From Bacteroidetes bacterium MED-G20 (GTDB lineage Bacteria; Bacteroidota; Bacteroidia; Flavobacteriales_D; Parvicellaceae): a stretch of 64,000 nt of DNA. A program made the translations under genes and the position numbers. The stretch lies in assembly GCA_905182745.1 (NCBI GenBank), contig CAJJCR010000005.1:48764-112763 (forward strand), read 5' to 3'. The notes under the pieces were generated by a model. That model saw only the letters and a list, made by a program, of their open reading frames with translations, did no database searches and was not told the origin of the DNA. This document shows, piece by piece, positions 28,812 to 39,790 of this stretch. Each line of letters starts with the position of its first letter. Position 1 is the stretch's first letter.

Positions 28812-29987
28812 ATGAGAATTTATTTTTTATGCTTTCTATTATTTTCTTTTAGTTTTTCATTTTTTTCTCAGGAAAATAAAAAAAACAAGTGGAAGGAAAA
28901 AGTAGAGTTTTCTGGTTTTATAAAGTATATGAATACCACTTCGGTTGTAGATTTGGATTCTTTAATTACAGACAATTTAATTCACAATAGAATAAGATTC
29001 AAAGCATATCTAAGCGATAAAATAACTACTGTTATTGAAATTAGAAATAGGATATTTTATGGGGAAGCAACCCGCTTAAATCCTAGCTTAGGTAAACAAT
29101 TAGAAAAAGACAATGGACAAGTAGACTTGTCTTTTGTTTCCTTGGATAGAAATCCTTTAGTCATTCATTCTATTTTAGATAGAGCATATATGAGATACAG
29201 TGAAGATAACTGGGAGCTAACTATTGGTAGACAAAGAATTAATTGGGGTGTTAATTTGGCTTTTAATCCCAACGATTTATTTAACGCCTATAGTTTGGTT
29301 GATTTTGATTACCAAGAAAGACCAGGAGTGGATGCAGTTAGATTTCAATATTATGGAGACGATATGTCTAGTTTTGAAGGAGCTGTTCAAATTGGAAATT
29401 CCTTGGATAGTTCTGTAATAGCTGGATTGTGGAAATTCAATAAATGGAAGTACGATTTCCAATTTCTTGCCGCCAACTATTTTAAAGATATTGCTATTGG
29501 AACTGCATGGGCTGGTAATATTAAAAAAGCAGGATTTAAAACTGAAGTATCTTATTTTCAACCCAAATCTAAATTTTTTGAAAGTAACGGTGGTTTAAGT
29601 TTGTCTACCACCTTAGATTATTCGTTTAAAAAAGGCACTTATATCAACGCATCAGTACTTTACAATAGTTCAGGAATTAGTCAGCCATTAAATTCTTCGA
29701 ATTTATTTCAAACTTTTATAGGAGATATTTCTGCCAAGTCGTTAATGCCATCAAAATGGACTTATTTTGGACAGATTAGTGGCGCATTTAATCCTGCACT
29801 TAATGGATCATTTGCTGTCTTTTATATGCAAGGAATAAATCTTGCTCTTTTTATGCCATCTATTGTTTACAATATTAACGATGATTGGGAGTTGATGCTT
29901 ACTGCACAATCTGCCTTTGGAGAGTTAAATAGTAAATTCCAGTCCATGGGTTCTGGCATTTACTTAAGAACCATGTATAGTTTCTAG
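28812..29987 (+). CDS. hypothetical outer-membrane beta-barrel protein (last gene of the exporter cluster)
   Basis: Signal peptide, alternating-strand text throughout, C-terminal ..YLRTMYSF. Confidence 0.5.
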   Translation: MRIYFLCFLLFSFSFSFFSQENKKNKWKEKVEFSGFIKYMNTTSVVDLDSLITDNLIHNRIRFKAYLSDKITTVIEIRNRIFYGEATRLNPSLGKQLEKDNGQVDLSFVSLDRNPLVIHSILDRAYMRYSEDNWELTIGRQRINWGVNLAFNPNDLFNAYSLVDFDYQERPGVDAVRFQYYGDDMSSFEGAVQIGNSLDSSVIAGLWKFNKWKYDFQFLAANYFKDIAIGTAWAGNIKKAGFKTEVSYFQPKSKFFESNGGLSLSTTLDYSFKKGTYINASVLYNSSGISQPLNSSNLFQTFIGDISAKSLMPSKWTYFGQISGAFNPALNGSFAVFYMQGINLALFMPSIVYNINDDWELMLTAQSAFGELNSKFQSMGSGIYLRTMYSF

Positions 29988-30069
29988 AATTTCAATCTGT
30001 TATTAAGAAAAAACGAAAATGTTTAGTCTTTTGTAGTAATAATTAAACAAAACTTATTAATTTCGCTCC

Positions 30070-32475
30070 GTGATAAAAAACTTACTCTGTTATTTCTTTT
30101 TTTTTCCACTCTTTGTGGTTTCTCAAAACCATACTTTAAGTGGATATGTTAAAGATGCTAAAACTGGGGAAGCATTAATTGGGGTAAGTATTTTTGTAGA
30201 AAAAGAATCTAAAGGAGTTTCTACCAATGTTTATGGATATTACTCAATTTCTCTAAATGCTGGTCAATACGATGTGAAATACTCTTATGTAGGATATTCT
30301 AGCGTTGTTAAAAATGTTCAATTTTCAGAACCCATTAGGTTAAATATAGAATTATCGGAAAGCCAAGATATACTAGATGAGGTAGTGGTAGAAGCCAAAC
30401 AGAGCGATGAAAATACCAAAGGAACCCAAATGGGAAAAATTGATTTGTCCATGGACAAAATCAAAACAATTCCAGCATTTATGGGAGAAGTAGATGTTCT
30501 TAAAACCATTCAGTTTTTACCAGGCGTTTCGTCCGGTGGAGAGGGTAACACTGGTTTTTATGTAAGGGGAGGAGGCCCTGACCAAAATCTTATATTGTTG
30601 GATGAAGCTACGGTATACAACGCTTCCCATTTATTTGGTTTCTTCTCTGTTTTTAATGCAGATGCTATAAAAAATGTCTCTCTAATAAAAGGAGGAATGC
30701 CGTCTAACTATGGGGGAAGATTGTCTTCAGTTCTGGACATTACCATGAAAGACGGCAACTACAAATCGTTTCAAGCAGATGGTGGAATAGGTGTTATAGC
30801 ATCTAGACTAACCCTTCAAGGACCAATTAAAAAAGATACCGCATCCTATATTATTTCTGGAAGAAGAACCTACATTGATGTCTTAGCAGAGCCATTTATT
30901 CCCGAAACTTCTCCGTCTAAAGGTTCAGGCTACTATTTTTTCGATCTTACTGCAAAACTCAACTGGAGACTTTCAGATAAAGACCGATTGTATTTAAGTA
31001 GTTATTTCGGAAGAGATATTTTTTCATTTAAAAACCAAGATTTAGATTTTGATTTCAATGTTCCATGGGGAAATGCTACTGCTTCGCTAAGGTGGAACCA
31101 TTTATTTAGCGATAAGCTATTTGTAAATACAACAGCTGTTTTCACAGATTATAATTTTGCTTTTGAAGGCGGTTCTAATGGGTTTAACTTTAGGTTAGCT
31201 TCTGGAATAAGAGATTTAAATCTCAAGCAAGACTATACTTATTACCACAACTCCTTACACAATATTAAGTTTGGTTGGAACTACACTTTTCATCGTTTTG
31301 TTCCATCAAGTTTATCTGCAAGTTCTGGCGATGTTGAATTTACTACTATAGATGAGGTTAAGATTTTCGGAAATGAATATGCTGTTTACTTTCAAGACGA
31401 ATGGGATCTTAATGAAAATTTAAAAATAAATATAGGATTTAGACTTTCTGCTTACCAGCACATTGGCCCTTTTACAAGATATTATAAAAACCCTAATAGT
31501 GGAGCTACAGACAGCACTACTAATTATTCTAATTTCGAATCTATTAAAACTTATTTTGGGCCAGAGCCAAGATTTTCTGCAAGATACTTACTTCCTGATA
31601 ATTCTTCTTTTAAGTTTGGGTTTGCCCACAACTACCAATATATTCACTTGGCATCTGTTTCATCGGTTTCTTTACCCACAGACTTATGGTTTCCAAGTAC
31701 CGAACAAGTAAAACCACAGGTGGGAACACAGTATAGCATAGGTTATTTCAGAAATTTTTTAAAAAACAACTACGAAGCTTCAGTAGAAGCCTATTATAAA
31801 GATTTGAATAATTTGATAGAGTACAAGGAAAACTCTTTTCCAGAAGATAATTTAAATAACAATGTAGATAACCAACTTACCTTTGGCAACGGATATTCTT
31901 ATGGAGCAGAGTTTTTTATTAAAAAAAGAACTGGCGATTTCAATGGCTGGATTGGTTATACCTATTCTAAAACCATGAGAAAATTTGATGCTATTGATAA
32001 TGGAGAGTGGTTTCCAGCGAAGTACGATAGAAGAAACGACCTTTCTTTGGTTGGACAGTACCAAATAAGTGACAGAGTAAATATTGGAGCTGTTTTTGTT
32101 TACGCTACAGGCAACGCTATTTCACTTCCCGAAAGAAGATGGTTTTCGTTAGAAGAGAATAGAATTATTACCGTTTGGAGCAAAAGAAATCAATACAGAC
32201 TAAACCCTTACCATAGGTTAGATATTTCCTTAACCATTGATGCCAAGCCTTACAAAGAAAAGTTAAATGCAGAAACAAATAAAATGGTGAAAGTGAAAAA
32301 GAAGGTTACTTCTTCTTGGAATTTTTCTGTTTACAATGCATATAATAGAGCCAATCCATATTTTATATTCTTTGATTTTAGTGGCGATCCTCTTCAAGGA
32401 ACTGCAGAATTTGGAGCAAGCCAAGTTTCTCTTTTTCCAATTTTACCAAGTGTTACATGGAATTTTAAATTTTAA
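30070..32475 (+). CDS. TonB-dependent outer-membrane receptor (CarboxypepD_reg N-terminus)
   Basis: 801 aa and intact. LSGYVKDAKTGEALIGVSIFV, plug (..LPGVSSGGEGNTGFYVRGGGPDQNLILLDEA..), terminal ..WNFKF. Confidence 0.9.
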   Translation: MIKNLLCYFFFFPLFVVSQNHTLSGYVKDAKTGEALIGVSIFVEKESKGVSTNVYGYYSISLNAGQYDVKYSYVGYSSVVKNVQFSEPIRLNIELSESQDILDEVVVEAKQSDENTKGTQMGKIDLSMDKIKTIPAFMGEVDVLKTIQFLPGVSSGGEGNTGFYVRGGGPDQNLILLDEATVYNASHLFGFFSVFNADAIKNVSLIKGGMPSNYGGRLSSVLDITMKDGNYKSFQADGGIGVIASRLTLQGPIKKDTASYIISGRRTYIDVLAEPFIPETSPSKGSGYYFFDLTAKLNWRLSDKDRLYLSSYFGRDIFSFKNQDLDFDFNVPWGNATASLRWNHLFSDKLFVNTTAVFTDYNFAFEGGSNGFNFRLASGIRDLNLKQDYTYYHNSLHNIKFGWNYTFHRFVPSSLSASSGDVEFTTIDEVKIFGNEYAVYFQDEWDLNENLKINIGFRLSAYQHIGPFTRYYKNPNSGATDSTTNYSNFESIKTYFGPEPRFSARYLLPDNSSFKFGFAHNYQYIHLASVSSVSLPTDLWFPSTEQVKPQVGTQYSIGYFRNFLKNNYEASVEAYYKDLNNLIEYKENSFPEDNLNNNVDNQLTFGNGYSYGAEFFIKKRTGDFNGWIGYTYSKTMRKFDAIDNGEWFPAKYDRRNDLSLVGQYQISDRVNIGAVFVYATGNAISLPERRWFSLEENRIITVWSKRNQYRLNPYHRLDISLTIDAKPYKEKLNAETNKMVKVKKKVTSSWNFSVYNAYNRANPYFIFFDFSGDPLQGTAEFGASQVSLFPILPSVTWNFKF

Positions 32476-33382
32476 TGAAAAATATATACTACATATTGTT
32501 AATTGGTCTTTTAGGATGTACAAAATCCATAGTTTTTGAATTGCCAGAAATAGAACAAACTATTGTGGTGGAAGCTACCGTAGAAAGTGGATTCCCTCCA
32601 AGAGTTATTTTAACCAATAGTCAGGGCTATTTTGAAGCAATAGATAGTACTATTCTTTCTGATATTTTTATCCACGATGCAGATGTGGTTCTAAGCGATG
32701 GTATCGAAAGTTATACCTTACAAGAATTTAATTTTAATGGACTTTATATATACACTTCTTTGGATTTTGGTGCAATAGGTCAGTTTGGTAAAACTTATTC
32801 ACTTTCTATTCAAGTGAATGATAAGAATGTATATTCAACTACTACAATTCCTCAGCCACTTTTTATAGATAGTTTGTGGTTTGATAAATATGTAGCTTAC
32901 GATTCTTTGGGCTTGATAGGCGCTAGGTTTAGTGATCCGGATACTTTAGGGAATTGTTATAGATGGTTCGCTCAAAGAATTAATTCTTATACTTACAATT
33001 ATCCTCCTCCTTTTGATAATGTTAAAGGAACCATTAAAGATTCTCGTCCTTTACCACCAATAGGAAGTTCTACAGATGATAAGTTGTTCAATGGATTGTC
33101 TTTTGATTTTATATTTCCTAGGGGAGAAGATGGTCTATTCAGATGGACCGGACGATAATAATGTAGAATCTGGGATTTTACAAGATTGGGGATACTATTT
33201 TAGTAAAATCTACCACCACTACTTATCCAATCTACTTGTATGTAAGAGCCATGGAAAATGCTGCGGCTTCCGAAGGAAGTATTTTTTCTTCCCCTGGAAA
33301 TCTCCCTTACAATGTACAAGGAGACGGAATTGGGATTTTTTATGGATATGGAGTTTCTTACGATACTTTAATTTGTGAATAA
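32475..33382 (+). CDS. DUF4249-family lipoprotein (usual partner of this receptor type), at least 2 frameshifts after about 33150
   Basis: Lipobox LLGC. The body is in ORF 32475..33158. The family-typical C-terminus PGNLPYNVQGDGIGIFYGYGVSYDTLICE is found by hand in a third frame and ends at TAA 33380-33382. Confidence 0.6.
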
Positions 33383-33437
33383 GTTTTTTTCACTAACCTA
33401 TTCATAAATAATATATTTGAAATCTAAAAAATTATTT

Positions 33438-34387
33438 ATGTCAACTATTGAAAAAGTTAAGTGCTTAATTATTGGTTCTGGTCCAGCAGGATTTACTGCT
33501 GCAATTTATGCTTCTAGAGCAAATATGTTTCCAGTTCTATACCAAGGAATACAGCCAGGAGGTCAGTTAACTACTACTACAGATGTAGATAATTTCCCAG
33601 GTTATGCCAAGGGGGTTAATGGCACTCAAATGATGGTAGATTTGGAAGAACAAGCCAAGCGTTTTGGTACTGATGTAAGATCTGGTATGATTACCAAAGT
33701 TGATTTTACAGGTCCAGTTCATAAGGTATGGGTAGACAATAAATTAGAAATTCACTCAGATACTATTGTTATCTCTACTGGTGCTTCTGCAAGATATTTA
33801 GGTTTGGATTCAGAGCAGCATTATTTGTCTAATGGTGGTGGTGTTTCTGCATGTGCAGTTTGCGATGGTTTCTTTTACAAAGGACAAGAAACGGTAATTG
33901 TTGGTGCAGGAGATTCTGCTTGTGAAGAGGCTTCTTATTTGGCCAATATTTGTACCAAAGTCACTATGCTGGTAAGAAGAGATGAATTTAGAGCTTCTAA
34001 AATAATGGCTGATAGGGTAAGAGGAATTGAAAACATTGAAATATTACACAAACAGAACTAGATGAGGTATTGGGTGATGGAAATGTAGTTACCGGAGCAA
34101 GAGTAGTGAATAATAAAACCCAAGAAAAGCATGAAATATCTTGTACAGGTGTGTTTATTGCAATTGGACATACTCCAAATACCAAAGTGTTTAATCCATG
34201 GTTATCAATGGACGAAAACGGATATATAGTAAATAATCCAGGTTCTTCTAAAACCAATATAGATGGTGTTTTTGTTTCTGGAGATGCTGCCGATCATGTA
34301 TACCGACAGGCGGTTACTGCTGCAGGTACTGGCTGTATGGCTGCTTTAGACGCTGAAAGGTATTTGGCTGCTAAGGGTTTGCATTAA
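33438..34387 (+). CDS. trxB: thioredoxin-disulfide reductase, one frameshift at about 34050
   Basis: IIGSGPAGFTAAIYA, redox CAVCDG, GAGDSACEEA, C-terminal ..GDAADHVYRQAVTAAGTGCMAALDAE. Fragments 33417..34061 and 34070..34387 join as ..EILHK-TELDEVLGDG if one base is added in cacaaaca. Confidence 0.9.
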
Positions 34388-34391
34388 GAAA

Positions 34392-36127
34392 GTGAATACT
34401 TTAATAAATAATAAGTTTACTTATCTACTTTTTTTTCTGTTTATTATTTCATTATTTCCTCAAAATATTTCTTCTCAAGAAAATTGGAGGGGAAATACCA
34501 CTCCAACTTATAGTAGAATTAATTACCTCATCTTAAGAAAATTTCTAGTTTACATAGTGAAGTAGAACTTTACAATATGGGACCATCAGATTATGGTTTG
34601 CCTATTTATCTATGTATTGTAAATGGCGCAAAAGATTCTACCAACACCTTCAAAAAAGCACGAGAAGAGACTACCATTTTATTTAATAATGCCATTCATC
34701 CAGGGGAGCCAGACGGAATCAATGCCTGCTTAATTTGGTTAGAGGAGCTTTTAAATAATAAAAAAAGCATTAAAAAATTACCTGTGGTTGCTTTTATTCC
34801 AGCTTATAATATTGGAGGAATGCTCAATAGGTCTAGTAATAGTAGAGCCAATCAAAATGGCCCTAATGAATATGGTTTTCGTGGAAATGCTCAAAATTTA
34901 GATTTAAATAGAGATTTATAAAAATGGATGCGGTCAACTCTTTCACTTTTGCTAAAATATTTCACGCTCTAGATCCTGATGTGTTTGTAGACAACCATGT
35001 TTCCAATGGGGCAGATTACCAATATATTCTTACTTATATAAGTTCTCTAAGAGAAAGATTGGCACCAAGTTTAAATAGTATTATTTACGATAATTTATTA
35101 CCTAATTTAACTAATGCTATAAAAGAAAATCATAAAATAGATTTATTTCCTTATGTGGATTTAAAAGGAAAAACTCCAAATGAAGGAATCGTTTCTTTTA
35201 ACGACCTTCCTCGATATGCAATGGGCTACGGCTCTCTATTTCCACTCTATAAGTTTTACAGTAGAAACCCATATGCTAAAACCATTTCCTCTTAGAGTAG
35301 AGGCCACCTTGGCTTTCATGGAAGAATTAATTAATTGGACTTCATTAAACAAGTCTTCAATTGAAAAATCTAGAGATAAAGCAAGAAGATTTGTAATAGA
35401 ATCACCATATTTAAAATACAACTACATTAATTCTTACAAAAAAGATTCTATACTTTTTAAGGGTTACGAGCATTCTTTTCCCATTCATAAAATAACTGGT
35501 CTTAGTAGACTTAAGTACGATACTAACAAACCATACACCAAATATGTGCCCTTTTACAATAGTTCTGTTGCAAACGATTCTCTACAACTTCCAAAGTTCT
35601 ATTATATAACCGCTCAGGAAAAAGATGTAGTAGAAAGATTATTGGCCAATAAGGTTCAAATGACTAAGATACTTCAAGATACTGTAATGAATCTTGGGGT
35701 TTATAAAGTAGTTGATTTTGCACCATCCAAAAAACCATACGAAGGGCATTATAAATTAAAAAATATCAAAGTTCAAAGAGATCAAGAATTGGTTCTGTTA
35801 AAGAAAGGGGACTGGATGGTAAATTCTAATCAAAATGCCGCACTTTTTATTCATTCTGTATTACAACCAGAGTTGGAAGACGCTTACTTAAGCTGGAATT
35901 TTTTTGATAGTTACTTACAACAGAAAGAATATTTTTCTAGTTATGTTTTTATTGATAAGATAGAAGAGATTTTAAATAACGATCTTAAGCTAAAAAAAGA
36001 ATATGAACTAAAGAAAAAAGAAGATGCTGCTTTTGCTAATTCTGAATGGGACCAGCTATATTTTATTTATAAAAGAAGTGCTTATTTCGAAAAAAGCTAC
36101 AATAGATTACCTATTTACTTCCAATAA
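34392..36127 (+). pseudogene. M14-family zinc carboxypeptidase-like protein, at least 3 interruptions
   Basis: Signal peptide by hand from GTG 34392. ..NNAIHPGEPDGINA.. (HxxE zinc site) and ..NLDLNRD(F)IK.. Fragments 34577..34921, 34924..35295 and 35180..36127 are collinear in different frames. Confidence 0.65.
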
Positions 36128-36134
36128 AACTTTT

Positions 36135-36930
36135 TTAATTATCCTTAATTGATTTCACTTTTTCTGTAAAAACATATAGAAGCATATGTGTTTTCTTCTT
36201 GGAGTTAAGCTCTGACGGTCCAGTATAGATATAGTTAATTTTAAGTTCTGGATGGTTCTCTTTAAAAGTATTGATGGTGGTTTCCCATACCAATTTATCA
36301 GCTAAAAATGGAAAGTCAAATTTGTATACATCCTCAATTACCTCCAGTTCCTTCTACTGGTGCACTTACATTGGAAAAAGTCTTACTAGAAAAGTCTATA
36401 ATGGAAATGGAGGCACCTGCAGTAATAAAAACACCAATTGCTATTGCAATTTTCACCCCTTTATCTACTTTGAATTCTAACAACTTACCATCAGAACTAG
36501 AAATGTATTTAAATAGTACCCAAGATGCTATTAATATTAGCCAGAACAATCCATGCTCTAATAGTTGAAAACGATCGCCAAATACTTGGTCTCCAATAGA
36601 AAACAAGCTAAACAAGGTAATGGATGTGAAAATAGCTCTAAAAAACCATTTCTGAGAAAGAGATTCTTTTCCTTTTAAAAAATTAATACTCGCCAATAAA
36701 TAAAATACAAAGTTCAATCCTTCCAATGAAGAAATAAAAGCCAATGCAAGCGTAGCAAATATTGGGTCTTTCAGTCCTAGAGATCCAAAAAACTTAATAA
36801 ATAATGCAAAGAAATCTTTTCCTACCCATAAATGATGTACATCAGGAATAATTTTATCTAAAACACTTAATCCCCAGAAAAAAGTCCAATAAAACAGTAT
36901 CGAAAATCTTAATATTTTTTTTTCTTTCAT
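36135..36930 (-). CDS. hypothetical membrane protein, paralog 2 (one frameshift near 36335)
   Basis: About 35-40% identical by eye to the upstream gene (ILFYW..FW....DKII....LWVG.D.FA.F.KFF.S.GL ; FSIGD..FGDRF.LLEH.LFW). The C-terminal soluble part EVIEDVYKFDFPFLADKLVWETTINTFKENHPELKINYIYTGP... was recovered by hand in another frame, with its stop at 36135-36137. Confidence 0.5.
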
Positions 36931-37733
36931 AATTTATCCTCCGTCATTATATAAAAAATAAGACCATCTGCTTTTTTCAATCTAAGCGGCTTTGGAACTG
37001 TATAAATATGATTTATTTTTTTGGTTGGATTCTCAGATTTAAACTGGTCAATAGTTTTTTCAAAAACAACACTTCCTCCAAGAAAAGGAAAAGAAACTTT
37101 ATATATGTTTTCACCAACTTGCTGGGCTACTAAAGCATCTGTTCTTCTGCTAAAAAAATTATAATTATAACTAAATATAGAAAAGCAAGTGGTAGAAACC
37201 AACATCAAAGAAATTACCGAAACCAGTATAAGCTGTTTCTTGTTAATTACCATTTTTTCTGTTTCTGAACTATTGTCTAATCTTATAAAAGCCACCCAAG
37301 AGAATAATGTCAAAAACCAAAACAAAGTATGTTCTAATAGTTCAAATCTATCTCCAAAAATATGATCTCCTATAGAGAAAATAGTGAAGGTGATAAGCGT
37401 TAAAACTATTCCTATAAAAAACCAAGCTCTAGAAGTTTCATTTTTTTTCTTCAAGTAATATATTAGAGCACCAGTAAAGAAAACAAAAGCAAAAACTTCT
37501 AATGCAGCAGCAACAATCAAAGCAAAATTGGCTATTGCAGGTGATTCCAATCCCGCAGAAGCAAAAAACTTCTGAAATTGAGCAAATCTGTCTCTACCAA
37601 CCCAAAGAAATAAGCTCCCGCCAATTATTTTATCTACAATATTAAACAGCCAAAATATAGACCAGTAAAAAAGAATTGAATATCGTACCAACTCGTTGGT
37701 GGGTATTTTTTTTTCGGCAAAAGAAAGTTTCAT
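36927..37733 (-). CDS. hypothetical membrane protein, paralog 1 (about 5 TM plus about 80-aa C-terminal soluble domain)
   Basis: 268 aa and intact. See the paralog comparison above. ATGA overlap with paralog 2. Confidence 0.55.
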   Translation of the reverse strand: MKLSFAEKKIPTNELVRYSILFYWSIFWLFNIVDKIIGGSLFLWVGRDRFAQFQKFFASAGLESPAIANFALIVAAALEVFAFVFFTGALIYYLKKKNETSRAWFFIGIVLTLITFTIFSIGDHIFGDRFELLEHTLFWFLTLFSWVAFIRLDNSSETEKMVINKKQLILVSVISLMLVSTTCFSIFSYNYNFFSRRTDALVAQQVGENIYKVSFPFLGGSVVFEKTIDQFKSENPTKKINHIYTVPKPLRLKKADGLIFYIMTEDKL

Positions 37734-37816
37734 AAATACAATTAATAAACTAATCTACGATTTTCTTTTTTTAAGAATACTCAATAAAATTAAGAAACTA
37801 AAATTTTGAAGGTTTA

Positions 37817-39112
37817 CTAGAAAGCTTTTCCAGAAAAAACTTCTAATCCCTCTTTGTAGCTCGCTATTGCTCTATTTCTGGCAAATGCATGTTCTACCAC
37901 AGGATTTGGATAAGAAAATTCATTCAAATCATCTACCCACTTATTGATATAGGTATTTTGTTTGTCAAATTTTTTAATCTGTTCACTTGGATTAAATACT
38001 CTAAAATAGGGAGCAGCATCACATCCTGTACCTGCACTCCACTGCCAATTGCCATTATTGGAAGAAAGCTCATAGTCCAAGAGTTTTTTGGCAAAATAGG
38101 CTTCTCCCCACCGCCAATCTATTAATAAATGCTTGCATAAAAAACCAGCAGTAACCATTCTTACTCTATTGTGCATAAAACCAGTTTGGTTCAGTTCTCT
38201 CATTCCAGCATCAACTAGTGGATATCCAGTTTCTCCTTTGCACCATTTTTCAAACTCTTCTTCGTTGTTTCTCCACTTTATAAAATTGTATTTAGCTCTG
38301 AAATTTTCATGAACTACTTTTGGAAAATGCCATAATATTTGCATAAAAAACTCTCTCCAAACAAGCTCAATCAAATAAGTAACGTTAAGGTCTTTCACTT
38401 TACTTACTATCTCTCTTATACTCACTGTTCCAAACCTTAAGTGAGGACCAATTTTAGAGGTGCTGTCTAAAGATGGAAAATTTCTTGTTTCCTCATAATT
38501 ATGGACTCTATCCAAACTAAAAGAAGGTACTTTTATAGAAGATCTTTTAAAACCTAATTCCTCCATACTTGGAAATCGTGGTTGGATTTATTAAAGTTTT
38601 CAGAGTTTAATTTTAATTCTAAATGAAATCCTTCCTCCTTAAACTTTGCCAACCATTTATTTTTAAATGGGGTAAAAACAGTGTAGGGCAGACCATCGTT
38701 TTTTACCACCTCATTTTTTTCAAATATCACCTGGTCTTTTGTAGAAATAAGTTCCGATCCATTCTCTAACAGAAGTTTATTTATTTCTTCATCTCTAGCT
38801 ATGGCATATGGTTCGTAATCTCTGTTAGCGTATACTTTTAATTCAGAATTTTCTTTACATAGTTGCTTTAAAAACTTCAAGCGGATTTCCATGGTATACT
38901 TTTAAAGAACTATTGTAGGAAATTAGCTCTTTATTAATTTTTTGTAATTCGTCGTAAAGGAAGTTAACTCTTGGGTCATCATTTGGCAATTCGTCAATGA
39001 TATCTTTATCAAAAATAAATATGGGCTGTACATCCTTAGATTTTAAAAGGGCTAAATTAAGACCAGTATTATCCAACAATCTTAAATCTCTTCTAAACCA
39101 AAAAATTGTCAT
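37817..39112 (-). CDS. phr: deoxyribodipyrimidine photo-lyase / cryptochrome-family flavoprotein, two frameshifts
   Basis: N-terminus MTIFWFRRDLRLLDNTGL. FAD-binding region ..GYPLVDAGMRELNQTGFMHNRVRMVTAGFL..DWRWGEAYFAKKLLDYELSSNNGNWQWSAGTGCDAAPYFRVFNP. Fragments 38855..39112, 38554..38892 and 37817..38566. Confidence 0.9.
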
Positions 39113-39114
39113 TT

Positions 39115-39790
39115 TTATACTTTTAAAGTAGACATTCCACCGTCAACATGAATTATTTGACCAGTTATATTGTTATTCTGTAGTAAAAATTCTGCAGTTT
39201 TAGCAACATCGGAAGCAGTATTTATTCTTTTACTAGGATGTCTTTCATTAGATCTTTTAATGGCGTCTTCATTTCTTAAAATTCCTTGTGCTAATGGAGT
39301 ATCTGTAAGCGAAGGAGCAATACAATTAACTCTTATTTTTCCAGCAAATTCTGCTGCAAGTGATTTGGTTAGTCCTTCAACTGCTCCCTTAGCAGATGCT
39401 ATCGATGCATGAAAATTCATACCTTGATTTACAGCAACTGTACTAAACAAGATTATAGATGCATTTTCAGCTTTTGACAATGCTTCTCTGGTAGTACTGG
39501 ATGATCTTAACCGCTCCTAAAAAATTGACATCAAAATCGTTTTGAAAGTCTTCTACTTTTAAAGATCTAAAAGGTTTTAAATTGATAGTCCCAGGACAGT
39601 AAACTATGGAAGATATATCTTCAATGTCTGGAAAATTACCATCCGCAACATCTAATTGATAATGTACATGGTTATTTGAGGTTACGCTGTATGCTTCTCT
39701 ACTAAAAAGTACACATTCTTTATTTTCTAATAATTGTGCAATTTCTCCACCAATTCCCTTGGTTCCTCCGACTATTAATGTTTTACCCAT
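39115..39790 (-). CDS. short-chain dehydrogenase/reductase-fold protein with atypical active site, one frameshift
   Basis: GGTKGIGGEIA Rossmann motif, ..IRVNCIAPSLTDTPL.., ..ITGQIIHVDGG. The position of the usual YxxxK reads IASAK. Fragments 39467..39790 and 39115..39480. Confidence 0.8.
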
